A stretch of 63,648 nt of DNA, counting the filler, from Fonticula-like sp. SCN 57-25 (taxonomy: Eukaryota): assembly GCA_001724245.1 (NCBI GenBank). It is 11 parts of 11 records of this genome, joined end to end, with 100 filler letters (N's around TTAATTAATTAA, not from the genome) between each part and the next. Parts side by side here need not be neighbours in the genome. Positions count along the whole stretch, not along the records: positions 43,023 to 48,154 come from MEDX01000734.1; positions 48,255 to 53,342 come from MEDX01000735.1; positions 53,443 to 58,497 come from MEDX01000736.1; 8 more parts are not named here. One strand, written 5' to 3'. Each line of letters starts with the position of its first letter. The stretch's first letter is position 1. Below the pieces are notes generated by a model. It made no database searches and was not told the DNA's origin. It saw only the letters and a program-made list of their open reading frames with translations. Positions 44,870 through 56,445 of the stretch are shown in pieces. A program made the position numbers and the translations under genes.

Positions 44870-46817
44870 ATGAGCCACCACCACACATTCTGGCTGCAGT
44901 ACTTCAAAGAACGGCAGCACGACCCGTTCACACTACTCCGTCACACGAGATCTGCAATCGCCCGTTTCGATGCCCAATTCCATGCCCTAGTATCCCTGAA
45001 CCCAGAGCTCACTGAGCACGCTGCACAAGCGCAAGCGCAACACAACTCCAGTGCAACAAGAATTACCACCACCATTGCAAATGCAAACAATGTCAAAACG
45101 AATGTTAATAGTGCTGGTGCAAACGTCAACAGTGTTAGCAGCGCAAATACGAACCACAAATCCATACTCAACCAGAATTCCCGTTACAACTACAGTTCCA
45201 CCAATTTCTGGAACGGTGTACCTGTCCTCCTCAAGGACAATTGTCTCACTGAAAACTGGCCCACCTTTGCAGGAGTCGCAGCGTTGGGGCGGTACCGCGC
45301 CCGTAGTTCCGCGTCGATTGTGCGGAAGCTGCGCGAGAGCCATGCGGTGATCGTCGGGAAGACGAACGTGCCGCCGCTCTGCATGGATGTGCAGTGCGCG
45401 AATCGCGAATTTGGGACCACGAGCAACCCGTTCGACGCGACCCGCACCAGTGGTGGATCGAGCGGTGGCTCGGCGGTCGCAGTTGCCCTGGGCTATGTGC
45501 CTGTTGCCCTGGGATCGGACCTGGCGGGCTCCCTTCGCATCCCGAGTGCGTTCTGTGGTGTGTGTTCCCTGCGACCGTCTGCAGGTAGGATTCTGGCAGA
45601 TGCTCACGTATGTGTGACATTATGTGTGTGGAGGATGTACAATGTGACATTGTGTATGTGGAAGTATTCATTGGGTGTGACACTATGTGTAGTGGAAATA
45701 TAGAATGAGTGTGACATTATGTATGTGAAGATATACAGTGGGTGTGACATTGTGCATGTGGAAATATAGAATGAGTGTGACACTATGTGCAGTGGTTTCA
45801 TGTATGTGACAATGTGTGTTTGTTTTTATGCACAGTGATTCTGTAACATTGTGTATAGTGATTTTGTGTGGCTCTTGTACAATGGTTTTGTGTGTAACAG
45901 TATGTGTGTGTCGGTGTTGGAGAGAAAGTGTCTACTACTGGTACCCACTCAATAGATTCCACCAAGTCCAGCAGATGAAGAGGAGCAAGATCTAGAGAAG
46001 AAGGCATTGTTCCAGTGTGACATGTGTGTAATAGGTCCTATTGCCATTCGAGTGGAGCTGCTCGAACAGTTCATGGCACACTTTTCGAGCAAATTTTCAC
46101 AGCAAGTGTGGCCAAGTAGTGTTCCAGTGAGAGTTGCGATAACTCCATGCTTCCCCTCGATCCCTACAGATGCTCGGATCATCCAAGCTATGAAAGAACT
46201 GGGCACTACTCTCCAATTGGGAGGACATGTGGAATGTGAGTTTGTTGTCCCTCCACTTGACTTAGATGAGCTTCGTGAAGCATATCTTGAGCTCTGCAAG
46301 CCTTTTGCCTTGGCAGAAGCTGCCATGAACAATTCCCCACTCACACCGTTTCTGCCCAATGAAAAGAGGCTCAAACAGGCTCGTGCTGTGATCCAAGAGG
46401 CACACCAACTCTTGCAGGAACACATTTTCTCCAAGTTTGATGTGTGGATTATGCCAACTACTCCTGTACCTCCTTTCCCCCACAACCCAAAGCACACTCC
46501 GTTACAATTTTTGAATGAGCATGGAAACACTGAATGCATGAGTTATTGGAAGGTGATTTCCTATTGTACCCCAATCTCTACCCTGGGTAACCCAGTTGTG
46601 ACATTGCCAATGGGGATGATTGAGCACTTACCCTTTGGGGTACAAGGTATTGATAGCAATCAGTGTTTTGCTTACTGGGTTTTTCTTGTGTGACACTTTA
46701 GTGATTGGCCAACTCGATCAAGATGAGAAGCTCTTGGCTGCCTGTAGAGTATTGGAGCCCTTGGGTCTCGCAAAGATGCGCTGGCCATCACCCACGATGA
46801 TTGAATCGAAACTGTAA
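44870..46817 (+). CDS. Amidase-signature family enzyme, 3 exons
   Basis: GVPVLLKDN, GKTNVP, GGSSGGSAVAV, GSDLAGSLRIPSAFCG, LGNPVVTLP and LPFGVQ|VIG. Confidence 0.93.
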
Positions 46818-46957
46818 CAAAACATCTCAAAACTATTATCATTTTATGAGTGACCTGTGAAGGACTGCATCCAATTGAAAAAACACAAATCCATCGGTTT
46901 ATTTGATCTACCATGTGGAAAAGATTACCAGAGGAGATATGTTTTACATGAAATGAT

Positions 46958-47921
46958 CTATTGTTCTTTGATAGTGCTATTCTTGTTCATGTGTAATTCA
47001 ATAATGGCAGCAGTGTTCTTGGTCTTTGCGACATCTTTTGCTGTTTGTTTCTATTGTGCAAACAAGAATGGTGGATTTCATTGCTGAGACAAGAACAAAG
47101 TACCTTTTCCTATGACGAGTGTGAGGAACTGTTGGCTGGTAAACAACTTGCTATTTCTACATACATTTGTTATAGTCGGGTCTACACCCGTGTTCAACAA
47201 GTACTCCACAATCTTATCACTTCCTCTCTCGCTTGCAGTATGCAAGGCAGTATCTGTTGGGACAGAAAGGTCAAATGGTTAAATTTTCTCATCTACCTGA
47301 AATTTCCAAACCTTCCCAACTGTTCAGTGCATTCAACTCGACACCTGGATGCTCAGCAATCGTTTTCACGAGCTCCAAATTGTCATAACAGCAAGCCAAG
47401 TGCAGGGGAGTCTACAAAATACAAGTGTGAGCAGGTGTGTTCATCGTAAGGCGCAGCATACCCACTGTTTTATGTGTGTTAGTTGGCCAGGGCAATGTAC
47501 GCTACCCCCTTGTTCTGTGAAAAAGTGAGTGTGCGGAAGAAAATGTATGGAGAAAAAAAAAGTGTAGATTTGAAAAAGTGCAAAAAGGGTGCAGATTCAT
47601 GTGTTAAAAAAAGTTGTATCATGCATGAATGAAAAGGTACCTCTTTCGCATTGACGTTAGCCCCTTTGCTGAGCAAGTATTTCACAAGTTCAATACGTTT
47701 GAAATAAACTGCAAAGTATAGTGGTGTCTTTTTGAGTGCATGGTTGGTGCAACTGAAGCGCGACATTACGAACATACTTTTAAAGATTAGTAAAATGTGA
47801 CAAACACACATTCACGTACGAGTACGGTAGGTTGGACAGTGTTGACGTCTGCTCCCTCTTTTTCAATACACTCCTTGACTCTTTCCAGGTTCCCCTTCTT
47901 CGCAGCTTGCAAAATGTTCAT
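46958..47921 (-). CDS. Small ankyrin-repeat protein (~163 aa), 9 exons including four micro-exons
   Basis: Exons 47921-47820, 47776-47774, 47727-47641, 47514-47506, 47464-47462, 47411-47312, 47253-47165, 47109-47104 and 47050-46958, all joined by GT-AG introns, restore ankyrin motifs (Y-TPLY, NKG-W-TPLH, DTALH, EK-KQTA). Confidence 0.85.
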
Positions 47922-48254
47922 TCGTGGTAAAAAAAAACGACGAACAGTGGTTGAGTTGGATTCAACATTTTCGTGGAAAATTGCGGCAATTTCACACTCT
48001 GTAAATTTATGGCAAACACTGATAAATTTTCACACGGAAAAATGAATTGGTTGATTTCGTTTGTAACCTTCTTATCGTTGTAAACGTTGAAGTTCTTGAA
48101 CACAATAGTTCACTGTGCAAAAAGTCTGTACGTTGGTTGGCTTGGCCACGAATTNNNNNNNNNNNNNNNNNNNNNNNNNNNNNNNNNNNNNNNNNNNNTT
48201 AATTAATTAANNNNNNNNNNNNNNNNNNNNNNNNNNNNNNNNNNNNNNNNNNNN

Positions 48255-50760
48255 TAAAAAACAAAAGGTTCAGTTAATTCACAACAAATGAAAAGGTATG
48301 ACAAACAGCTGTATCGCGAACATGCCAGGCAACCAACTGTTGATTTTTGGAATCAATGGTTGCAATAAGAGGTAATGTTGGATGTGAAGAAATAGCAGTC
48401 ACAGGACCACAATGGCCAGTAAAGGTGTCAATAAGTTGCAAATTTGGAGTACCGCTTCGCGATGCCCCTCTTCCAATGTTCAGCTCCCAGCATGACAAAC
48501 TTCCATTCTTGCTGTGAACATAAAATGTGATCTTATTGGGGGTCAGATAACCAAGGTCAATCTACAAATCAGAGTGAGAGTGGGTTGTTGCAGTTGAGAG
48601 TTACATACCGCTTGATTTTCCGAAGTCTTGTATGGCTTGTAATACATGAAAATATTAATCGCATCGGTCAGCTCCTTTAGGATCTTGGGCATTCTGATCC
48701 AAGTGGATGATTTTGGAGTACGTCTGGGAAAATCAGCAAGACCTTGAATAACGTCAATGGTGAATGAGCCATCAGGTTGAATCATGGAGAGCCAGGTGTG
48801 TGATTCTATCAATCCAGTATCTGAAGAGGCGCCAATATAGGCCACAGATTCCTCTGAGGCATTGTTTTCCTCATCTCCAAGTTGCAAATCATGGTGTCCT
48901 CCGTTGCTGCGCTGCTGGAGCTTGTCTTTCAAGTAATGCAAGATGAATTTGTTGGGGCTATGAATTGGCCAGTAAAAGTGACAGTTACGACAATACGAGC
49001 TTGATGGGACAGACTTACCTAATCTCATGCGTGGTGTTCAAAATCTTTGCGAGCAACGGGGTGTCCTTTTGGACTGCATAGCAAATGTGGAACTGAAGCT
49101 CTTCTGTCTCGCTCGTTTCGCTCCACATGCGGATCACGTGGTCTCGAGCACAAGTTACAAGAACGTTGGCAATGAACTTGCGCTCACTTTGTACTACTTA
49201 GTCTCACAAGCTCTCTCGCACATACACACAAAATTCAACAAACTTTTGCACAAACTCGCGTTTTCTCCATTGAATGGACTTGACTGCAGTCGGATGGGGC
49301 AGGTACATGTAAGCGTAGAGGAAATTGTTTCCATCCTTGTCACTCTTACTATTCTCATTCTCATCACCCACCATTTGTTCAGCATCCTGTGAATCGTTTG
49401 GGTGTTGCTGTTTATCTGAATGGTTCTCAAGGTGGTCCTTGTTGTCGTAGTCGTCTTCACCATCATCATCATCATCAACATCATTATTATTACCACCCAG
49501 TTCCTTCCTTCTTTTCTTCATATACAGTTTCTCTTGGTCCTGTATGCGCGATATCCGCCTTTGTGCCTCTGGAACGTTCTGTTTGTACCAGACCTTCACC
49601 ATACGATCGTGATGCGCAATGGTTGCAAAGAATCGCTCGTCAGGCGAAAAAGAACAGTCAAAAACTGGTGTTGCATTCTTCACTCTCCAGAGTAACTGCC
49701 ATTTCTGTGTTTGTTTGTTTGTTCAAGTGGCAAGTGGTGTCAGTAATCTTTTGCACGCGCACACACACATTATTGTCACACTTGTTCGCACAATGGTATC
49801 ACACTCATGCATCAGATGCACTCCACACAAGAATAATACAATGTTTACATTTACACTTATATTCACTTACATTTTCACACCTTTATCACGTTCACACATT
49901 TTCACACATCACATTCGAATCACATTCATATATTTTCACACATTTTCACACATTTTCACACATCTCCACATACGTTTATGTTTGCATTTGAGGGATGTTC
50001 CTTGTACTCCCATAGCATGGAGTCTGGACCACCGAGGAGCAGACGTGTGCCACTGGCGTTCCACGCGAGACACGAGATATCGCAGTCCTGGAGGGGAATG
50101 AGGGAGTGCTGGCGCAGCTGCACCTTGCGGTCGTCAAACAGGTAGTCGCCTTCGCTCAACGGTTCGTACACGATCACCCGTCCAGGACAATACACGGCAA
50201 GCTACATGTGTGCGAATGTGTGTGTGCGTGGGTGGGTTATGTGCATGTACGTGTGTGAATGTGTGAACGGAAGAAATAGTTTCAATTTGTAAAATTCCAA
50301 TAGTTGATTCAAATGTGAAAAAAAACCAGTCGCGCGATAGTTGTGAGTGGATATTGCAAGTGGACATTGCAAATGGTTGTGAGTGTGAGCAACAATGGTC
50401 GAAGGAACGTACTTTTGCAAATGGCTCGCACCACGCGACGCATGTTACAAGGTCGCGTTCACTCGCTCGCAGCAGTTGCACGCATTTCCCTCCATGGTAG
50501 ACGATCACATTGTTTGCGCTCGCATAGGCCTGAGTTCGTTTCGACGATTCACTCCCAGTTAGCATCGCTGATAATTTTGGGGCACCAAAAAATAACAACA
50601 ACAACAACATTCTACACAAAAACAACAACCTAACAACACAACAACAACTCTGGAAACGCACTATTAGCTCCTCCCCCTCGTGAATGGCCCAAGAAAACGC
50701 CTGGCGATACGGATTGATCGATCCAGGGATGACCTGATGAGGTGGGTATTGGTCTTCCAT
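48255..50760 (-). CDS. RAV1: RAVE/Rabconnectin-3 alpha (Rav1/DMXL) WD40 protein, 5' part
   Basis: HQVIPGSINP, AYAS, FSPDERFFAT...DRMVKVW, YMYLPHPTAV..IQWR and GSLSCW. Confidence 0.8.
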
Positions 50761-50822
50761 TGCCTTGAAAATCAAAAAAAAAATATCCCAGTTTACAACG
50801 GTAAACCAGTTATCAAAAAATT

Positions 50823-52028
50823 CTATTCCTTTTTTATGTTTTCGTTTCCGCGACTGTTACTGTTACAAGCTGTTGGCCCTCCATCGGACAACAGGCCGTG
50901 CAACAAGGGCTGGTGAGAATGCACATGTGAACGAGTAAGTACTGATAGTCCAATTGAAAGCACAAACACTCTCACATTTCTCTCCCATTCACACATAATA
51001 TCAGTTCATGCACACGATATTCATTCACACATAATATTCATGCACACAGTATCCTCACAGGGTATCCATTCACACATTTTCCACACGATATTCATGCACA
51101 CAATTTCCACACATAACATCTGGATACACACTTGCAGCTCCACTCTCCCCCGCTCTACGTCATCGAGTAGCTGAGAAGAGTCCTGTTGGTGATGGTGATG
51201 GTGATGGTGATGCTGGTGCTGGTGCTGGTGCTGGTTCTTCTGTAGGAAACAACAGATCGCATAGCCATAGTGTAGACATCTGGTCAATCTTGCAAACAAT
51301 GAAATCAGCAAACTACTGTCACCATTTGATCTCCAATCGACTGCCGAGTTCCTAGCGTCCACTGGTTCAACCCGGAACACCAGATGGTACGCATCCTCCA
51401 GTTTCCCGTTGATCAAGTAGTAGTCCACAATCCTCTCCGCGACAGTGTACCCCATGCTCGTGTAGAAGCGGAGGGCCGCAGCGTTGTCTGTCTGGCAGTG
51501 CAGGGAGAGCTCCTGGACCGCATGCGAGTCAACCACGATTCTGTGGAGCAGCTGGAGCATGCGCGAAGCTACCCCCTTGCGCCGGTGCAGCGGGGACACA
51601 CCGAGGGTCATCACGTAGGCACCCGTGCGGCGTCTGGCGGTGTCCCAGCAGATCCAGGATGCACTGCGCTTCGCGAAGATCCTGCACGTGCAGACGCCTG
51701 CAACTGCGCCACTCCGCTCTGTGCACACGATGCTCACGTAGCTCTTTCGCTCCAGGAGGTTCGCGTAAAAATCATGCGGATAGCGCACTGGGAACAGCGC
51801 AATCTGGAAATCTCTAATGGCATCGGTATCTTCGTCACGAAGGAAGCGATAGGTGAACTCTTGTGAATAGAATGTGCAAATAAAATTCGACATTCAAATG
51901 AGCACGCAATCACACACACGTGAACATTCAAACATGAGAACGTTGTCAACTCCTAGTGAATCAACGGTACCTGCAGTGCGCTCAATCACATCCAGCTCTT
52001 GCTCTCGCTGGTCCCATGGCTCAAACAT
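50823..52028 (-). CDS. NAA60: GNAT N-terminal acetyltransferase, NAA60-like
   Basis: LFPVRYPHDFY, YVMTLGV....RRKGVAS, LHC...N..A..FY and YYLING..DAY; hydrophobic C-terminal helix and poly-His; last exon inferred. Confidence 0.78.
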
Positions 52029-52191
52029 GATTCTCGATTGACGGTCAGTTGACTGAAATAAAACATCGCAAAACTTCCCTTCCTCTCAATGAAAACAGCA
52101 CAACCAAACGATGATGAGGTCCTGGCCAACTTTTGTCAAATTCCACTGGGAATCGAACCAACAATGGGTCAAGTCAACTGACTATCAGTCC

Positions 52192-53253
52192 ATGAAACTT
52201 GGTGCAGTGTATAACGGTTGGTTGCGCGACAATTGTTCTGCTGACAGAATCTATGTGCTTGTTGGATAGTGTGGGATGGCGAAGAGCTTCTGGAAGCGAG
52301 CATCAAGAGCGTGAGAGCGAGTGTTGATTACATCGTAGTGGTCTACCAGACGATTTCAAACTTTGGTAACATGTGTTCCGAGCAGCTTGTGCCGTTGCTG
52401 GAGCGTTTGCAGGCAGAGAAGCTGATTGACGAGCTGGTCTACTTTGAACCCCACACTTCGCTCACCAATCGTGAGAAACGCGAAATGGTGAGCCCATATG
52501 CCGAAAACTTGGGTATGCTGGAAGGTAACTTGGAAGTTTGAGCAATTTTTTTTTTTGTTTAAACAAACACTCCACCTTGTACCATCCATGTAACCACCAC
52601 CCCGTACTTCTTATCTCAGGATTTGTAACGATTGCCGACCAATTCTTCAATGAACTCATGAAGCGAGATCTGGGAAGACAAAAGTGTGTGAACGTTGGTT
52701 GTACGCACATTCTGTCCTGCGACACCGACGAGTTTTACTTCAAGGAGCAGTTTGATGCTGCTAAAAAGTTAATTGAGGAGCATGACTACGAAGGAAGTGC
52801 CTGTCTCATGCGCTATTATTACAAGAAGCCCATCTGGGAGTGCAAGCCAAGAGATGATCTCAATTGCGTTCCTTTCATCTTGAAGCTCCGTCCACACAGC
52901 AGGTTCCTCCTTGCACACCCTTATCCGTGTCTCGTGGATCCAACGCGTGCCCTCACTCAAGTGCGCAAGTATGTACTCCTATGATTTACAATGCTCAACT
53001 TGTGCACAACAGGTTCAAGTTGTTTTCACGCGACGAACTTGAGATGCACCACATGAGCATGGTTCGAAAGAATATTCGGGGCAAAGTTCAAAACGTGTCC
53101 AATCGAGCAAATTACACAAACACTGAGGGCTTTTGGGAGCAATTTGAAGCGTTTGAGCCTGGCAAGAAATTAGTGCATCCGCACCCCTTCTTTCACGAGC
53201 GCTTTTCAACCGTAGAAGTTGTCCCAAACTATTTCAATGTTAATCTGCTGTAA
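52192..53253 (+). CDS. GT-A fold glycosyltransferase-like protein, 4 exons
   Basis: MKLGAVYNV|WDGEELLEASI, DxD motif SCDTDEFY, LVDPTR and MHHMSMVR. Confidence 0.7.
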
Positions 53254-53442
53254 TAATAAACTGTAACAGCTCTTGGTTAACGTTAAAAAAGCAGACAACT
53301 TTGGAACTGTCACAATTGAGTTGACAAGGCCAAAGAATGTTCNNNNNNNNNNNNNNNNNNNNNNNNNNNNNNNNNNNNNNNNNNNNTTAATTAATTAANN
53401 NNNNNNNNNNNNNNNNNNNNNNNNNNNNNNNNNNNNNNNNNN

Positions 53443-54520
53443 CAAGTGGATGCAAACGTGCAGCCGAGTGAGTCCCAACTGAACGACAGTACATCACCAG
53501 AGGTATGGGCATCCTTAATGTCCAGTACTTGTTCATTCTTGTTCAAATCCCAGAAGCAAATAGACCTAGTTCCTGTGTGTGTGATGTGATGTGTGTATGT
53601 GATAGTGTGTAATGTGTAATTGTGTGCGTAATGTGTGTGTGATTGGGTATGTGTTATTTTGTACATGATTATGTGTACATGTGATGGTGTGAGTGTTAGA
53701 TGTGCCAATTGTTGAACAAATCAAGAGAGAGAATGAGAGATACAACAACAGCAAATGTGAAACACGTACGATGTCCTGTCATGAGCAACTGGGAGCTAGT
53801 CGGGTGGAATGCAAGTTTGGTGACCACATCTTCGTTGAGACCAAAACTGTGCGCACAAGTTTGTAAATCTTCATTCAAACCATTGGATGGAATTTTCCAC
53901 AATTTCACCTTTGCAACACAATTTGTTGTGAGTTTAAACAAAAATGTTCACAGTTTCAAAACAACAGTAACAACAGTTACCACAACAATTACAAAATCAA
54001 CAACATCCACTGTTACATCCACATCTACAACACCGATAACATCTACAGTTACATCCACATTTACAATAGTTACAGTTACATCCACATCTACAACATTTAC
54101 ATCCACTGCCACTACTACAACTGGAATTACTAGTACAACAAAAACTGTTTGTGAAACCGCAACAAGAGCACCCTTCGTTCAATTAGTGTTGTACCATCAA
54201 CTTACCGTGTTGTCCATGGCCGAAGAAGCCAAGAAATTGTCAAAAAACGGACTAAATTCGAGGTCTGTCAGCAGATTCTTGTGTCCTGTGACAACTGGCG
54301 GAATGTCAAACACTCTTCCAGTTTGATCCAATCGGCGAACCAAGATGGCTGCGCCACTCACGCTCTTCCAGGGCACGGCGAAGAACTTGGACGTGCATTT
54401 TAGAACATTTTCGGCCTTGCAAATGCCACAATGCACGTTTTCAAAAATTCCAGTCTTGTTGGCAAGGACACCAAACAGGTTCTGGTATTTTGAGTCGCGC
54501 ACGAAACCTTCTGTTTGCAT
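53443..54520 (-). CDS. Coronin-family WD40 protein, partial
   Basis: FVRDSKYQNLFG, FFAVPW, GHKNLLTDLEFSPF...LASSAMDNT|VKLWKIP and LAFHPT. Confidence 0.88.
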
Positions 54521-54972
54521 GTGAACTGGTTGTTCTTCTTGTTTGCTCACTCTTTCTCGCTGACAGGAATTCTGAAAAAGTGGATGTTACTGTCAGAAGT
54601 AGACAGTTGACAATCAATTTACTATTGGTCGCGGAGAGAACAAGGAAAGTTACAACTAAAGCGTCCCAGTATTCACTTGCTAATAGTCACTCTTCTCCAA
54701 GATCAATCAGCTCGATCTTTGGCCTCTACATTGTTTTTGTTTTTCGTTGCTTTTCAAACAACAATGCACTTTTCTGTGAACAAAAAAACCAGAATGCTCC
54801 AACAGGTGTAACAAACTCTCTGCCCAATCAATGGAGCTTGTGTGAGATACAATTGTTGCAACTCTCAGTTTGCAAAGGAAATCACATTCTTCTTCTCCAA
54901 CGCGCAACAGCGATAATTATCTTCTAAAGAACCACAACACAACAATATCACCAGTTGACTAACCAACCAACA

Positions 54973-56043
54973 ATGAACAACCCTGCAACATTCAAACGAC
55001 TGCGCGTCGAACAAGCAGCCCCCCACGTTGCCAATGTCATCCTATCGCGCCCAGAACGCCTCAACGCCATGGACAACCTATTTTTCGAGGAGATCGCCCA
55101 AGTGTTCCGTTTACTCGATGCAGACCCAGAGGTGCGCGTAATTTTGCTTTCAGCAGAGGGCAAAAATTTCACAGCGGGTCTGGACCTCAACTATGCTGCG
55201 ACTGTACTCCTCCCAAAACAAAAGAGAGTACCATCATCTGTTTCAGCAGCAGCAGCAGTAGCACCCACAGTTTCATCATCTGTTACATCTCCATCACCAA
55301 CATCACCATCATCTGTTACATCATCATCATCACCAACATCTGTTTCATCATCACCAGTACCACCACCACCTGTTACATCATCATCAACACCTGTTTCATC
55401 ACCACCACCTGTTACACCTGCCAAGAAGAACAACACCAACAACTCCAACCGCAACAACGAAACCACTCTGCTCACATCGTCAGTCGAACTGTACCATACG
55501 ATCCTCAAATTGCAGCAGTCGTTCAGTGCACTCGAGGAGTGCCGAAAGCCCGTGATCGCCTGTGTGCAGGGGAGCTGTGTGGGCGGCGGTGTCGACCTGG
55601 TGACCGCATGCGACTTCCGTTTCTGCACCGCTGATGCGCGCTTCTCGGTGCGCGAGACGAAACTCGCGATTGTCGCGGATCTCGGCACCCTGCAGCGCAT
55701 CGTCCGTCTGTGTCCCGCGGGACTCGTGCGCGAGGCGGTCTTCCTGGGCGACGATATAGATTCCAGCGCGGCGCACCACATGCATCTTGTGAATCGCACG
55801 TTTCCGTCTGCTGCACACATGCTCGCAGAGGCAACGCAATTGGCAGTGCGTATTGCGGCGAATAGTCCACTGGTGGTACAGGGGTGCAAGAGGGTGATGC
55901 AGTTTGCGCAGGAACACTCGGTGAGTGATGGTCTCAAACAGGTGGCACTGTGGAATGCTGCCTTTTTGCACAGTGATGATCTCATGGAGGCAATGAGTGC
56001 ATTCATGCAGAAACGAAATCCTACATTCAGGAACAAATTGTGA
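54973..56043 (+). CDS. ECH1: Delta3,5-Delta2,4-dienoyl-CoA isomerase (crotonase family), PTS1-like NKL
   Basis: LSRPERLNAM, FTAGLDL, KPVIAC..GSCVGGGVDL, RETKLAIVADLGTLQR and WNAAFLHSDDL; Ser/Pro/Thr insert. Confidence 0.9.
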   Translation: MNNPATFKRLRVEQAAPHVANVILSRPERLNAMDNLFFEEIAQVFRLLDADPEVRVILLSAEGKNFTAGLDLNYAATVLLPKQKRVPSSVSAAAAVAPTVSSSVTSPSPTSPSSVTSSSSPTSVSSSPVPPPPVTSSSTPVSSPPPVTPAKKNNTNNSNRNNETTLLTSSVELYHTILKLQQSFSALEECRKPVIACVQGSCVGGGVDLVTACDFRFCTADARFSVRETKLAIVADLGTLQRIVRLCPAGLVREAVFLGDDIDSSAAHHMHLVNRTFPSAAHMLAEATQLAVRIAANSPLVVQGCKRVMQFAQEHSVSDGLKQVALWNAAFLHSDDLMEAMSAFMQKRNPTFRNKL

Positions 56044-56445
56044 CAAGTTGTGAAAAGTTGTGACAATTTGTGGGGGAAATAGAAAGATGTGAGGAAATAG
56101 AGATGTGGGGGAAATAGAAAGATGTGCGAATAATAAGTTGTGGCAAGATGTGGGGAATAGAAAGATGTGGGGGAAATAACAAATTGTGACAATACACGCA
56201 AATAACAAGTTGAAACAATATCTGCGAATAACAAATTGTGATAATTACAAGTTGTGACAGTATGTGCAAATTACAATTAATGGAAATTGTTGTGAGTACT
56301 CTGGAGTAACATGGAATCCGTTTGCTGCTTGTCTTCATCACCGGATAAGTGTTGGTGTAAGCCAATAGCGAGTAAATGCGACTGTGCGAGTTTCCATCAA
56401 CAAAAGCATATGACAAACTCATGTGGAACACTGTACATTGTTGTC

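Noticed and set aside
56040-56270. GATGTGGGGGAAATAGAAA-type repeats as CRISPR or telomere
   Set aside because: Degenerate, no unique spacers, eukaryotic 3' intergenic context.
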